64,000 nucleotides of DNA from an uncultured Gammaproteobacteria bacterium (GCA_964634875.1 CAZWKA010000003.1:16591-80590), one strand, 5' to 3'. Shown: positions 16,735 to 26,415, counted from the stretch's first letter. Translations and numbers: made by a program. Notes: generated by a model from the letters alone, not told the origin.

Positions 16735-17862
16735 ATGAAGATCGCTACCAATGTACATCGGGATGCCTTTGGGGGTATTACGGTCTCCAATCTTGCTCTT
16801 TTTGATTGGCTGAAAGATAAAGAAGATACGGTTGTAGGTATTGAAATCATTACGGCTCGACACCTGCTCGGGCCAGAAATATTTCGACACTATTTACCGT
16901 CTTTTTTTCATCACCACATTATTAACGGTATTGATATAATGCCTCGTTTTTCGTGGGAAAAATGGGGGAGCCCTCGAAAAAAATGGAGTATTCTCATAGA
17001 AAAAACAAAAGATATTTTACGCCAAGAGTCGCCGGATGTTGTTTTGATTAATGGAACGTATAGTACGCCTTGGATTTTGGCCCAGGCCGCACAAGAGTTG
17101 GGAATACCATTGGTTCTACGCTATGCCGGAGTGCTTCAAAAAGAAGTAAGTCATAAGAATTTTTTTATAAAAAGGCGGTTGCTAGCTTATGAAAGGTGGC
17201 TTGCTTCGTCCGCCACCAGCATTATTTTTCCTTCTCGTGTTTGCCAAAAAATTGTAGAAAAAGAAATAGTAGGACACGCTGTTCAGCGCAGCATGGTTAT
17301 TCCGAACCCTGCAGTCCCTCCAAAAAATTTGATGCGAAGAAAAGCGGGGCGTTTTACCATTTGTGCGATAGGGAGGTGGACATCAATCAAAAATTTTCAA
17401 GCATTTGTAGCTTTACACCACGAGCTTCTTTCTCAGCAATGGCAACATCGGGCGGTTATGGTAACTTCGTATTGGGATAAAGCATTTGATATTCCTGAAA
17501 CGATTGAAAAGAAAAAACAAATGAGTCAAGAAGATCTTTTCAAATTTTATCGCTCCATTGATCTTCTTGTTGTTCCTTCGCATTTTGAGACATTTTGCAA
17601 TGTTGCCGCAGAAGCGCTGGTGAGCGGAACGTCTGTTTTAGTATCAAAAAATGTAGGATTTTCTGAAATACTTATAAAGTGCGGATTAAAAAGAATGGTA
17701 ATTGACTCGTTTGATAATCCTGTAAAGGTTGCTCAAGCGGTACAGCGAATTGCCAAAACCAAACTTTCACAAAGCGAAATAAAAAAAGTTGCTTGTTTGC
17801 TCAACCCGCAAGGGATACACCAGAGCATGCTCGATGTTCTAAATAGCGTTATAAAAGTATAA
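16735..17862 (+). CDS. glycosyltransferase, GT4-like (GT-B fold)
   Basis: 375 aa. The C-terminal VVPSHFETFCNVAAEALVSG matches the EX7E motif region. Confidence 0.65.
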   Translation: MKIATNVHRDAFGGITVSNLALFDWLKDKEDTVVGIEIITARHLLGPEIFRHYLPSFFHHHIINGIDIMPRFSWEKWGSPRKKWSILIEKTKDILRQESPDVVLINGTYSTPWILAQAAQELGIPLVLRYAGVLQKEVSHKNFFIKRRLLAYERWLASSATSIIFPSRVCQKIVEKEIVGHAVQRSMVIPNPAVPPKNLMRRKAGRFTICAIGRWTSIKNFQAFVALHHELLSQQWQHRAVMVTSYWDKAFDIPETIEKKKQMSQEDLFKFYRSIDLLVVPSHFETFCNVAAEALVSGTSVLVSKNVGFSEILIKCGLKRMVIDSFDNPVKVAQAVQRIAKTKLSQSEIKKVACLLNPQGIHQSMLDVLNSVIKV

Positions 17863-17898
17863 CTAATAGTACCAAGGTCGTTCGTAGAGTGTTTTGTA

Positions 17899-17937
17899 AA
17901 AAAATACCCAAACTTTTTAAGTTTGGGTATTTTTTTG
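17899..17937. terminator. bidirectional terminator hairpin
   Basis: AAAATACCCAAAC-tttttaa-GTTTGGGTATTTTT. Confidence 0.75.
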
Positions 17938-18006
17938 TGGCCACGAGTGGGGTCGTTAGCGCGCACGCCTCGTGGATACGTGAGTGGGCAGGGGAAAGCG
18001 GTCGAG

Positions 18007-18435
18007 CTAGTTGAGGGGCTCGAGGGCGATCGTGACCCAGCGCTCGCTCTCGAGCTGCTGCTGCCGGGGCTGTCGTAGCCGCTCCTGGCTTAGCCGAAAC
18101 GAGGCACGCAGGAACGTCTCGAAGGCTGAGGCGCGTAGCGGGTTCATCTTGATGTAGTAGCACCGCCACCAGTTGGGGTTGGCTCGGTCGAAGGTGGTCG
18201 AACGGGTCGTCCGGCTCTTCTGGACCATGACGAGGATGCGACGCCCGGGACCCTTGTCGTCTTCCCGAACGAGCTCGCCTTCGTCGTCGATGCCGACGAA
18301 TTCCCTGAGGACGCGCAGAATGTCCTCGTGGAAGATGGAAACCTGGCCTGGCCACCGTGCCGCTTCTCCGTCGGAGAGCTGGTGGACCAGGATACCGGGC
18401 TCAGCCACCTCTTTACTCGCTGCTTCGATCATCAA
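18007..18435 (-). CDS. hypothetical protein encoded in a high-GC islet
   Basis: ATG at 18435 with AAGGAGG 5 nt upstream. 142 aa with no recognisable motif. GC visibly about 60% versus low-40s flanks. Confidence 0.4.
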   Translation of the reverse strand: MMIEAASKEVAEPGILVHQLSDGEAARWPGQVSIFHEDILRVLREFVGIDDEGELVREDDKGPGRRILVMVQKSRTTRSTTFDRANPNWWRCYYIKMNPLRASAFETFLRASFRLSQERLRQPRQQQLESERWVTIALEPLN

Positions 18436-18556
18436 GGCCTCCTTGGGGGTTGATAACGTGGCAGTTTATATAGCATGCCTGGTTTTGTCAATGATTAGAC
18501 CTGTCCAACAAAAAAAGACTATCGCAGAGACAGTCTTTTTGTTGGTTAAGACGTGG

Positions 18557-19783
18557 TTATTTTTTCTCAATATAATAGACGGCACCATTAAAATCGTCTG
18601 TGACAAAGAAGGATTTTTCATCGTTTACCAGTATACCGGCGGGGCGACCATGTACAGTTGTACCTTGCAAAAATCCGCTCAGAAAATCAGTTTGTTTTCC
18701 GTCTTGGGTAGTGGCAATTACGGTGTAACCAGCTTTAAGGGTTTTGTTGCCAGAGCCATGCAGGGCAACCAAGAGTTGGTTGTTGAAATAGGTAATACCC
18801 AAGGGTGCGCTGTGGGCGGGGAGTTTTACATCGGCTAGGGGGACGGTGCTGCAATCAAACGTTTTGCTCCATTCTTTACTAGTATCAGGTTCAATTGTGG
18901 TATTGGATTCGTAACAGTAGGGCCAGCCATAATTTTTGCCTTCCAACACTTCGTAAATAGTGTCGGGCGGTTGATTGTCGCCGAGGTGGTCAGCATTATT
19001 ATTGGTGGCAATCAGGGCGCTGCCCACAAACGTGAGGCCGACAGCGTTACGCAGGCCGCTGGCAAAGACTTTGCTATCGCTTCCATCCGGGTTCATGACC
19101 AGGATACTAGCCCGGCTTGGTTCGTCTTCTTTTTCTTCGCACGAGTTGCAAGAGCTACCAACCGAAACATAGAGCTTATTATTCTTCGCGACAACTGTTC
19201 GGGTAATATGCCAACCGCCTTGACCCAGCGTTCGGCCATAGGCGGGGAACGTGGCAATCGTTTCTGGTTTGGTTGTGGGGGCATTGTCACTGTTTGTGTA
19301 AGGATAGCGGATAAGTTTGTCGGTTAGGGCAATATAGAGCCAGGTTTTGCCGTCCGTGTCTGTATAAAAAGCCAGGCTGTGTGGGTTGCGGAGGTTTGAC
19401 ACGTAGGTGTGCGTGCCGGTGAATTTTTTGGTTTGTTCGTCAAATGCATCAAAAATATAGACTTTTCCGCGCCTCGTATCGCTAGCATTGTACATTTCGC
19501 CAAGGAAAAGGCGATTATCCGGGCTTTTAGCCATAAAGCGCAAGCGTTGGTAGCCTTCAGCAGCAACGCTAAGAGTGTGGTCATTAGGGTGGGTGAGTGA
19601 AAATGCCCGGCCATTTTTGAGTTTGACGGTAGTTGTCGTTGGTGCGGGTGAAGACACTGACGGTGGGGTGCTGGTTGAGAGAGGTGTTCCGTTATCGAGT
19701 GGTTCATCAAAGAATTGCCCGTTCGTGCAGCCTGCGCCAAGGAGTACTAAGATTAAGGGCAGGGCAAAAAGTATTTTTTTCAT
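18557..19783 (-). CDS. lipoprotein, PQQ-dependent sugar (glucose/sorbosone) dehydrogenase-like beta-propeller
   Basis: Lipobox LLGAGC. GWPYCYE and beta-propeller repeat patterns. Confidence 0.6.
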   Translation of the reverse strand: MKKILFALPLILVLLGAGCTNGQFFDEPLDNGTPLSTSTPPSVSSPAPTTTTVKLKNGRAFSLTHPNDHTLSVAAEGYQRLRFMAKSPDNRLFLGEMYNASDTRRGKVYIFDAFDEQTKKFTGTHTYVSNLRNPHSLAFYTDTDGKTWLYIALTDKLIRYPYTNSDNAPTTKPETIATFPAYGRTLGQGGWHITRTVVAKNNKLYVSVGSSCNSCEEKEDEPSRASILVMNPDGSDSKVFASGLRNAVGLTFVGSALIATNNNADHLGDNQPPDTIYEVLEGKNYGWPYCYESNTTIEPDTSKEWSKTFDCSTVPLADVKLPAHSAPLGITYFNNQLLVALHGSGNKTLKAGYTVIATTQDGKQTDFLSGFLQGTTVHGRPAGILVNDEKSFFVTDDFNGAVYYIEKK

Positions 19784-19954
19784 ACTAAACTCAGGTGGAT
19801 TAAAAATGACCTTAGTATCCTAGCATCATTTTTTGGAATGGGCTACTAAAGTTATTTTACGGCCAGGAGCTCTTTCTTTTTTTGACCTGTGGGTTGTTAG
19901 CTTGGAGTTTATGGTGTATACTCCCTATACTTAATTAACACTAATCGTACTCTT

Positions 19955-20710
19955 ATGGATGATCAAAGATCATTTTTCCAGCAGCTTTCCCCCAAAAGCG
20001 CGATGACTGTAGGCCTCCTGGGCGGCCTGATGACCTTGTGTACTATCGGCTTTTTTGTCCTGCTCGGGCTTAATCTCAAAAATGGTTTTTCGTCCGGTGG
20101 AAGCAAGCCGCTCGCTGTGCAGCCAGCCGCTCCACAAGGTGAAGTTCAGCCTCCTGCCCCTACCGGGCCGGTTGATGTTGGTGTCGGGCATTTCCCGATG
20201 AAAGGCAAGAGTGATGCCCCAGTAACGGTTATACAGTTTGCGGACTTCCGCTGCCCATTCTGTGAGCGTTTTTATAGTGATGCGGAGCAGGGGATGTTGA
20301 GGGATTATGTTGCGACGGGCAAGGTAAAATATTATTTCCGTAATTTTGCTTTTCTTGGTCCTGAGTCGACACTTGTTGCCGAAGCGTCAGAGTGCGCTAA
20401 TGACCAGGGCAAGTTTTGGGAATTCCATAATTGGATCTTTGAGAACCAGGCTCCAGAGTCTGACTCAACCTATTACTCCCAGGATAATTTGATTAAGTAT
20501 GGTGTGGGTGTTGGCCTCAACAAAGCAAAGTTCACCCAATGTTTGACTGACCGCACCTTCGCCGCAAAGGTGCAAGAAGATTTGAACGAAGGTCAGGCAG
20601 CCGGGGTTAATGGTACGCCGACCACGTTTATTGACGGTGTTGCGCTTGTTGGTGCACAGCCTTACGCCGCCCTACAGCAAGCGATTGATCAGGCGTTAGC
20701 CAATAAATAA
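19955..20710 (+). CDS. membrane-anchored DsbA-like thiol:disulfide oxidoreductase
   Basis: N-terminal TM helix. CPFC active site within a thioredoxin-like context. Confidence 0.75.
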   Translation: MDDQRSFFQQLSPKSAMTVGLLGGLMTLCTIGFFVLLGLNLKNGFSSGGSKPLAVQPAAPQGEVQPPAPTGPVDVGVGHFPMKGKSDAPVTVIQFADFRCPFCERFYSDAEQGMLRDYVATGKVKYYFRNFAFLGPESTLVAEASECANDQGKFWEFHNWIFENQAPESDSTYYSQDNLIKYGVGVGLNKAKFTQCLTDRTFAAKVQEDLNEGQAAGVNGTPTTFIDGVALVGAQPYAALQQAIDQALANK

Positions 20711-20834
20711 AAATAATTTTAAATAACTCTGATTGTTATAAATCGGAGTTATTTTTTTAGCCGAAGCAGCTCTTTACATTTTTGAGTTTCAAGCGTACGC
20801 TTACACATAATAATTAATTTTTAATTACATAGGT

Positions 20835-21422
20835 ATGAAAAAAGCAATTTTTGCTGTAGTTCTGGGTATTGTAGTTATGGGCGCTGGATGCAGTGCTGCA
20901 AGTAACCCTGACCAGTCGAATGTTTCGGGAAATGGAGAAACTAAAACATACGAAAATTCTTTGTATAGTTTTCAATTTAAATACCCCGCCAATGCTCAAG
21001 AATCTGTTTTGACTCTCGGAAATTTAGATGAAAAATTAGTACAGTTTGAGTTACCTGTTGACCAGTACCCCTCAACCAATCTGGCTGAAGCTCAATTCAT
21101 TGTTACAGCCCTTCCCCTCGATGAATTGGACAGCTGTCTGTCTTTGGCTTTGCCAGATGAGTCGGTAAAATTTGATACTGCCAACAAAATAGTTATCAAT
21201 GGTCAGGATTTCTATTCTGCCACGGTTATTGATCAAGACAGCGCTGATTTGTATGAATCTCGAATTTACAGGGCGTTTAATGACTATGTCTGTTTTGAGT
21301 TTGAAGAAGCAATTCACACTACGAATGTAGAAGAAGGTGTAACTGAAGTCGACAAATCATCTGTCTGGCAGTCGCTCGAGGAAATGCTCCAGTCGGTTAC
21401 TTTCGACCGTCCTAACGTTTAA
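20835..21422 (+). CDS. lipoprotein of unknown function
   Basis: Signal peptide with lipobox VMGAGC. Acidic. Confidence 0.5.
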   Translation: MKKAIFAVVLGIVVMGAGCSAASNPDQSNVSGNGETKTYENSLYSFQFKYPANAQESVLTLGNLDEKLVQFELPVDQYPSTNLAEAQFIVTALPLDELDSCLSLALPDESVKFDTANKIVINGQDFYSATVIDQDSADLYESRIYRAFNDYVCFEFEEAIHTTNVEEGVTEVDKSSVWQSLEEMLQSVTFDRPNV

Positions 21423-21452
21423 TTTTAAACGTAACACGCCAGCTTAAAATAT

Positions 21453-21716
21453 ATGGCCACTTCTTGTGCACATATTTCCGAAATTAAAGCTGTTACCCCG
21501 ATAACACCGGACGGCTGCACAGACTGTCTTACGACTGGTGACGAGTGGGTGGCGCTCCGTCTCTGTCTGTCGTGCGGAAATGTAGGTTGCTGTGATTCTT
21601 CCAAAAATAAACATGCGACCAAACATTTCGAGGCAACCGGCCACCCGATCATGCAGGCCTACCAAGAGGGCAAAGAATGGAAATGGTGTTATGTGGATAA
21701 GATATATGTACTATAA
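21453..21716 (+). CDS. zf-UBP-type zinc-finger protein
   Basis: The CAH...C..C....W..L..C..CG..GCC....H...H pattern matches UBP-type zinc fingers. Confidence 0.55.
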   Translation: MATSCAHISEIKAVTPITPDGCTDCLTTGDEWVALRLCLSCGNVGCCDSSKNKHATKHFEATGHPIMQAYQEGKEWKWCYVDKIYVL

Positions 21717-21850
21717 AAAAATAACCCCAGGGTTTCCTGGGGTTATTTTATAATGAAGACTGTCCTCACCCTGCCTGCATATGTACATATTCGGGCACGG
21801 TGAGATAAAGGGGACAGTCTTGAGTCTGTGGGGTTGGGGGGTCGTAGCGG

Positions 21851-22285
21851 TTAGCTGAATCGGGAAAGGTCAGTCGGGAACTCGGTCTCGATCACCAGCT
21901 GTAGCGCTGAAACAGAAACCGGTTTCACTAGTGTGCCTTTGATGCCTAGGTTTCGAAGATCCAGACGTTCATGTCCGGTCGCCAGATAGGCGGGAACGTG
22001 GGCGAGAGTGCTGTCAGCCCGCAGTTGCTCGACCAGCCAGAATCCATCGTGCACGGGCATAGAAGCGTCAACGAAGACGAGTTTAAGTCGTTCGCCGACT
22101 GCTCTCGCCTCGTCCAGGCCATCAGCCGCATTCGTGGCGCTGATGATGTGGTAACCTGCGCACAGGCCACTAACGAGCATCGAGAAGAGCTCGGTTGTGT
22201 CAGGGCAGTCATCAACAACCAGGATGACAGGTCGGCCTTCCGGCCTGCTGGATGTGGGGAGTGCTTCTGGAGTATGGGTCAGCAT
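21851..22285 (-). CDS. stand-alone response-regulator receiver (CheY-like) domain protein, high-GC islet
   Basis: ATG at 22285 with GGAGA upstream. VILVVDD...LVFVDASMP...LATG...K motifs. The ORF may extend to 22345. Confidence 0.55.
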   Translation of the reverse strand: MLTHTPEALPTSSRPEGRPVILVVDDCPDTTELFSMLVSGLCAGYHIISATNAADGLDEARAVGERLKLVFVDASMPVHDGFWLVEQLRADSTLAHVPAYLATGHERLDLRNLGIKGTLVKPVSVSALQLVIETEFPTDLSRFS

Positions 22286-22386
22286 GAGAATTCTCCGCGT
22301 GAAGTGGAATAGAGGTACCCTGTGCCTAAAACACTCTTTTGTCAAGCCCAGACCCCATTTCTTGAAAATAACGGGTGGCCAGGGTA

Positions 22387-22399
22387 GTTGCTAAGCAAC
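22387..22399. promoter_or_regulatory. 13-bp perfect palindrome GTTGCTAAGCAAC upstream of the NUDIX gene
   Basis: Seen directly. Same half-sites (GTTGC/GCAAC) as the triple repeat at 11.1-12.4 kb, but in inverted order. Confidence 0.35.
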
Positions 22400-22432
22400 A
22401 AATGATTTTATCTTGTACTAGGTTATATACGT

Positions 22433-22870
22433 ATGGAAATTACCCGCCATTTTACCGCCACCACATTTATTGTGTATAACAAAAAAGTACTTCTACATTT
22501 GCATAAGAAGTTGGGTATTTGGCTTCCGCCGGGCGGACATCTTGATCGTGACGAGCTTCCAGAGGTGGCAGCGCTGCGCGAAGTTAAAGAAGAAACAGGG
22601 CTTGATGTCGAGTTGTACCAGCCTCCGAACAGTTTTACTTTTAAAAGCGTGGGTGTGCTGAAGCAGCCCTTTTGTATTTTGCTCGAAGACATCAATCCGT
22701 TCCATCAACATATTGATTATAATTACCTGGCTCGGGCAACGACCGCTGAGGTAAGTGAAGAAGGAACGCAAAAGCATGGTATGCGCTGGCTCAGCCTTGA
22801 AGAAATAAATGTGCTTGATGCGCCGGATGATGTAAAAAATTTAGCAGCCGAGGCATTGGCGCTTTTGTAA
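22433..22870 (+). CDS. NUDIX hydrolase
   Basis: Nudix box GGHLDRDELPEVAALREVKEETGL. Confidence 0.8.
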   Translation: MEITRHFTATTFIVYNKKVLLHLHKKLGIWLPPGGHLDRDELPEVAALREVKEETGLDVELYQPPNSFTFKSVGVLKQPFCILLEDINPFHQHIDYNYLARATTAEVSEEGTQKHGMRWLSLEEINVLDAPDDVKNLAAEALALL

Positions 22871-22875
22871 AAAGT

Positions 22876-23523
22876 ATGGAGAAACGTAAGCCCTTATTGT
22901 CTGCGCGGACAACCTACAGTATTGGCGCTGCGCTCATCAGTATTGGACTCATCATCAAAGGTGTCTATTTTTTGTCTAGCGCTTTTCAAGGGAATGAATT
23001 GTCGGTTCCGCTACCAGTAGTAACATCGACGTTACTGAGTTTTGACATTGCGTCCTCAACAGCCCAGATTCCCGTTGCGACTTCGACGCTTTCGTACCGT
23101 TTAATAATACCTAAGATCGGCGTTGATATGCCGATTGTGATTGACGAAAAAAATGAAACACGCGGCCTCGCCCAGGGAGCTTGGCAAATTCCAGGAACCG
23201 CTGTCCCTGGTGAAGAAGGAGGATATGGCAATATTGTGCTCAGCGCCCATCGGTATTTGTACACGTCTGGTCCGCGGACTTTTTTTAATCTCGACAAGCT
23301 TGAGGCGGGGGATGAAATTAGTATTGAGTGGCTTGGAAAAACCTATGTGTATGTAGTTGATGGTTCTGCGGTCGTGCCGCCAACTGCAGTTGAAATTTTG
23401 AACCCTAGTGCAGAGCCTCGTCTCACGCTCTTCACATGTACACCTGTTTTTACTACCAAAAATCGGTTGGTTGTAACTGCGTATCTTAGTACGCCGCATT
23501 CTTCCACAACCACCCCTAAGTAA
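22876..23523 (+). CDS. sortase (class A/E-like transpeptidase)
   Basis: N-terminal TM helix. Catalytic His (LSAHR), TLxTC motif (LTLFTCTP) and Arg. Confidence 0.8.
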   Translation: MEKRKPLLSARTTYSIGAALISIGLIIKGVYFLSSAFQGNELSVPLPVVTSTLLSFDIASSTAQIPVATSTLSYRLIIPKIGVDMPIVIDEKNETRGLAQGAWQIPGTAVPGEEGGYGNIVLSAHRYLYTSGPRTFFNLDKLEAGDEISIEWLGKTYVYVVDGSAVVPPTAVEILNPSAEPRLTLFTCTPVFTTKNRLVVTAYLSTPHSSTTTPK

Positions 23524-23586
23524 GACTTGACACAAAAATTGACTTTATGATGGGAGGGGAGTAGGAATAAGGAAGTAGTTACACTA

Positions 23587-24936
23587 TTGTTAGGTATGAA
23601 ACAGGATTTTTTTACAAATATTTGTTTACGTTTACTAGGGGTGAGCCTGTTAATTCTAGGTACTTTATTTTTTTGTGTTAATACCCGCGCTGCAGCCTCC
23701 CTTGTTCCGATTGAAGCTGATGATTTTGGTTTTTTGACTGTGTACAGTAGTTCAACCGTAACTGTTGCTGACGATGCTGCGACAGTTTTATATATAGTTG
23801 ATGGCGCCACTGTGGTCACGACTACACTGAGTATTAATGGTCAGGTAGATTTATATTTAACGCCCGGTGAGTATCAGTTGAGCCAGCAACCAAGTGATGG
23901 TTACACGCCAGTTTTTTTTGTTGATAGTGAAGATCCCGAAACTCCGCAGTGTGATACGTCCGGACGCATACTCGTCCCTGCTGAGCAGGGAGGGGTTCGT
24001 TTGGTCTGTAATATTTTACAAAGCATCTACGTTCCTACAGAAGAGGAAGTTCCGCCTTTTGTCCCAACCACCAGCACACTCCATATCAACCAGCTCGTTA
24101 TCAACGACAATGGTGACAACAAAACAGTTATAGATTTTCCTTTTGATGTGGCGATTGACGGGGTAACAACGACTTACCCTGGGGCGAGTACAACAACAAT
24201 TGTAAACCTCTCTGCAACGAGCACGTATAGTGTTGATCTTGCTGTGCCTGGCAGTTATGCTCGAACGCTTAGCGGGGATTGTTCGGGTACGAGTTCCGAG
24301 GTCGGCACTCTTGTAACGTGTACTATTGCTCTCGATGATCAGGAATTATTTTTGACCGATGTGCGGGCGGAAGCGGTTGATACGACATCAGTAAAAGTTA
24401 TGTGGACAACGAGTCATGCTGCTACGAGCCGGGTGATTTATGACGTGGTGAATCACGATGCCACGACTACGCCTCCATTGTATGGTTATGCTTTTACGAG
24501 TAATGAGCAGGGCGAGTTTGTTACAAATCACGAAGTGATTATCGCCGGTCTTGCTCCAGATACGCTTTATTATTTTCGCGCCGTCTCGCACGGCTCGCCA
24601 GAAGTAGTTAGTAACGAGGTGTCTGTTAAAACTATCGCCGCGACTGGCGGTGGACAGAATTTTAGCACGGGTGCGGGCGGGGGAGGGGTTGTTGCCCCGC
24701 CGCCAACAGCACCCACACCTGCTCCGGCACCAGTCCCAAGCGCACCGCAAGCAGTTTTAGGTGAAAAGATAGAAGTCACAGCTCCGCTGCCGAGCCCTAC
24801 TCCACAAGCCGTACTCGGTTTTCAAACTTTACCAGTAACTGGTGGGCGCGCGCCTTCACGTTTACCTGATGTAGCGGTGGACTGTATGTTATTAGGTGGC
24901 CTGCTCGTACTTCGAACCAGGCTCCTCGCTGAGTAG
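23587..24936 (+). CDS. LPXTG-anchored cell-surface protein (sortase substrate)
   Basis: Signal peptide. LPVTGG followed by a hydrophobic helix and an RTRLLAE tail at the C-terminus. Contains an FN3-like segment. Confidence 0.75.
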   Translation: MLGMKQDFFTNICLRLLGVSLLILGTLFFCVNTRAAASLVPIEADDFGFLTVYSSSTVTVADDAATVLYIVDGATVVTTTLSINGQVDLYLTPGEYQLSQQPSDGYTPVFFVDSEDPETPQCDTSGRILVPAEQGGVRLVCNILQSIYVPTEEEVPPFVPTTSTLHINQLVINDNGDNKTVIDFPFDVAIDGVTTTYPGASTTTIVNLSATSTYSVDLAVPGSYARTLSGDCSGTSSEVGTLVTCTIALDDQELFLTDVRAEAVDTTSVKVMWTTSHAATSRVIYDVVNHDATTTPPLYGYAFTSNEQGEFVTNHEVIIAGLAPDTLYYFRAVSHGSPEVVSNEVSVKTIAATGGGQNFSTGAGGGGVVAPPPTAPTPAPAPVPSAPQAVLGEKIEVTAPLPSPTPQAVLGFQTLPVTGGRAPSRLPDVAVDCMLLGGLLVLRTRLLAE

Positions 24937-25083
24937 TAACAGTATTTTTAATGTTAGAACACATAACCCTTCCTTCGGAAGGTTAAGTGTTTTTTGCTCA
25001 CCGGTTTTTAAAATTGATAAAAGGGCGGTTTGTGCGTGCAGTAGTGTGTTTTATAAACATCTAAAAAGGTATATACTAAGGCC

Positions 25084-26361
25084 ATGAAGCGTGCGCTTAA
25101 AAAATATTTTATCCCCCACGCGGAGAATAAGTACCACCCGCATTTTTTGCATGCCAAACGTGCGTTGGCATATTCGACTTTTTTTATTTGGATTAAAGCA
25201 TTTTTAGTTGGCTTAGTTTTGGCTATTCCGCTGCCTGCTTTTGTTGCGCCCGATGTCTTATCGGGCGAGCAGGCTCGTCTGGTGCAGCTGACAAATACGC
25301 TGCGAGCACGAGAAAACCGCGAACCACTGGTTGTTCGACCTCTGCTCAACCGTTCGAGCGCGCTCAAGGCGGATGATATGGCGGTGCAGCAGTATTTTAG
25401 CCACAACGGTCCCGACGACCATAATCTGAAATTTTTTCTTAAGGCTGCCGGATATGGTTACCGCACAGCCGGAGAAAATTTAGCCATGGGTTTTTTCAGC
25501 GCCGATGAAGTGCTTTCGGCGTGGGTAAAAAGTCCGACGCATTATAAAAATTTAATTGACAGTGAATACCTGGAGCTTGGCACAAGCATGGTGGCTGGTT
25601 TGTATAATAATATTCCCACTGCTTATGCCGTAGCGCATTTTGGTACACCGCCGATTACGGCTCCAAGCGCTGCCTCGTCAACTCCGGTAGTGCCTGCTAT
25701 CGCTGAGCCTGTAGTCACTGATCCGGTCATCTCAGTACCTCCAAAAAGCGTCCCAGCCCTCCGGGTGCTAAGCCAGAAGAGTGGTGTTGCTGTAGTAAAA
25801 ACTCCGGCTCCTGTAGAAATCATTCCGCCTCGATTGGCCTATGACGCTGATCGTTCGCAAGTGCTCTGGAAAGAAGCTGAAGGCGGAGTGCTGGTTCAGA
25901 TCCAGGCATATATCCAAGGTTCCGTAAAAACTGCTCAGGTAGAGATTGCTGGCCATACTGTAACTCTTGAGCCAGAGCTAAGTAGGAGCGAACAAGATAT
26001 GAGGCGCTACGCTGGATCACAGGTTTTACCGCTTAGTAAGTCGGAGTTGTTCCGAGTGGTGGTGCCGCCAACTCTTTCCGTAATTGGTGAGGGTGGGGAA
26101 ATAATTACCGGTTCTGTGGCCTGGCATGCTCCACCGATTATTACACCAAGCTCGTGGCAGCGCTATACTGTTGCCCGCCGGAGCATTCCTTTGGTTGCAA
26201 GTATTGTCGATTTTTCAAACAGCGTCTATATTGGTTTTTTGGCTTTATTCTTAGCGGCCTTTGTTGCTTTGGTTGTTGTGGAGGCTCGCAAACAACACCC
26301 TCATGTTATTGTCCAAACCCTGGGGGTGATTGCGTTGCTCCTGGTGCTTATCATAACCTAG
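25084..26361 (+). CDS. CAP/SCP (PR-1-like) domain protein with N- and C-terminal TM segments
   Basis: CAP-domain motifs (GENLA..., HYKNLID...). C-terminal hydrophobic anchor. Confidence 0.65.
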   Translation: MKRALKKYFIPHAENKYHPHFLHAKRALAYSTFFIWIKAFLVGLVLAIPLPAFVAPDVLSGEQARLVQLTNTLRARENREPLVVRPLLNRSSALKADDMAVQQYFSHNGPDDHNLKFFLKAAGYGYRTAGENLAMGFFSADEVLSAWVKSPTHYKNLIDSEYLELGTSMVAGLYNNIPTAYAVAHFGTPPITAPSAASSTPVVPAIAEPVVTDPVISVPPKSVPALRVLSQKSGVAVVKTPAPVEIIPPRLAYDADRSQVLWKEAEGGVLVQIQAYIQGSVKTAQVEIAGHTVTLEPELSRSEQDMRRYAGSQVLPLSKSELFRVVVPPTLSVIGEGGEIITGSVAWHAPPIITPSSWQRYTVARRSIPLVASIVDFSNSVYIGFLALFLAAFVALVVVEARKQHPHVIVQTLGVIALLLVLIIT

Positions 26362-26386
26362 TCCACACCCCTGTAGCGTCGAGGGG

Positions 26387-26415
26387 TTGACAAAAATGCT
26401 AAAAAGTGCTACTAT
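26387..26415 (+). promoter_or_regulatory. sigma70-type promoter TTGACA-N17-TACTAT for the cold-shock gene
   Basis: Seen directly. Leaves a 5'UTR of about 95 nt, typical for csp genes. Confidence 0.6.

Noticed and set aside
17849-18355. Alternative minus-strand ORF 17849..18355 (168 aa) in islet B
   Set aside because: It overlaps the Shine-Dalgarno-supported 18007..18435 ORF in another frame and runs through the terminator hairpin. Its Arg/Pro-rich composition is typical of a GC-rich off-frame.
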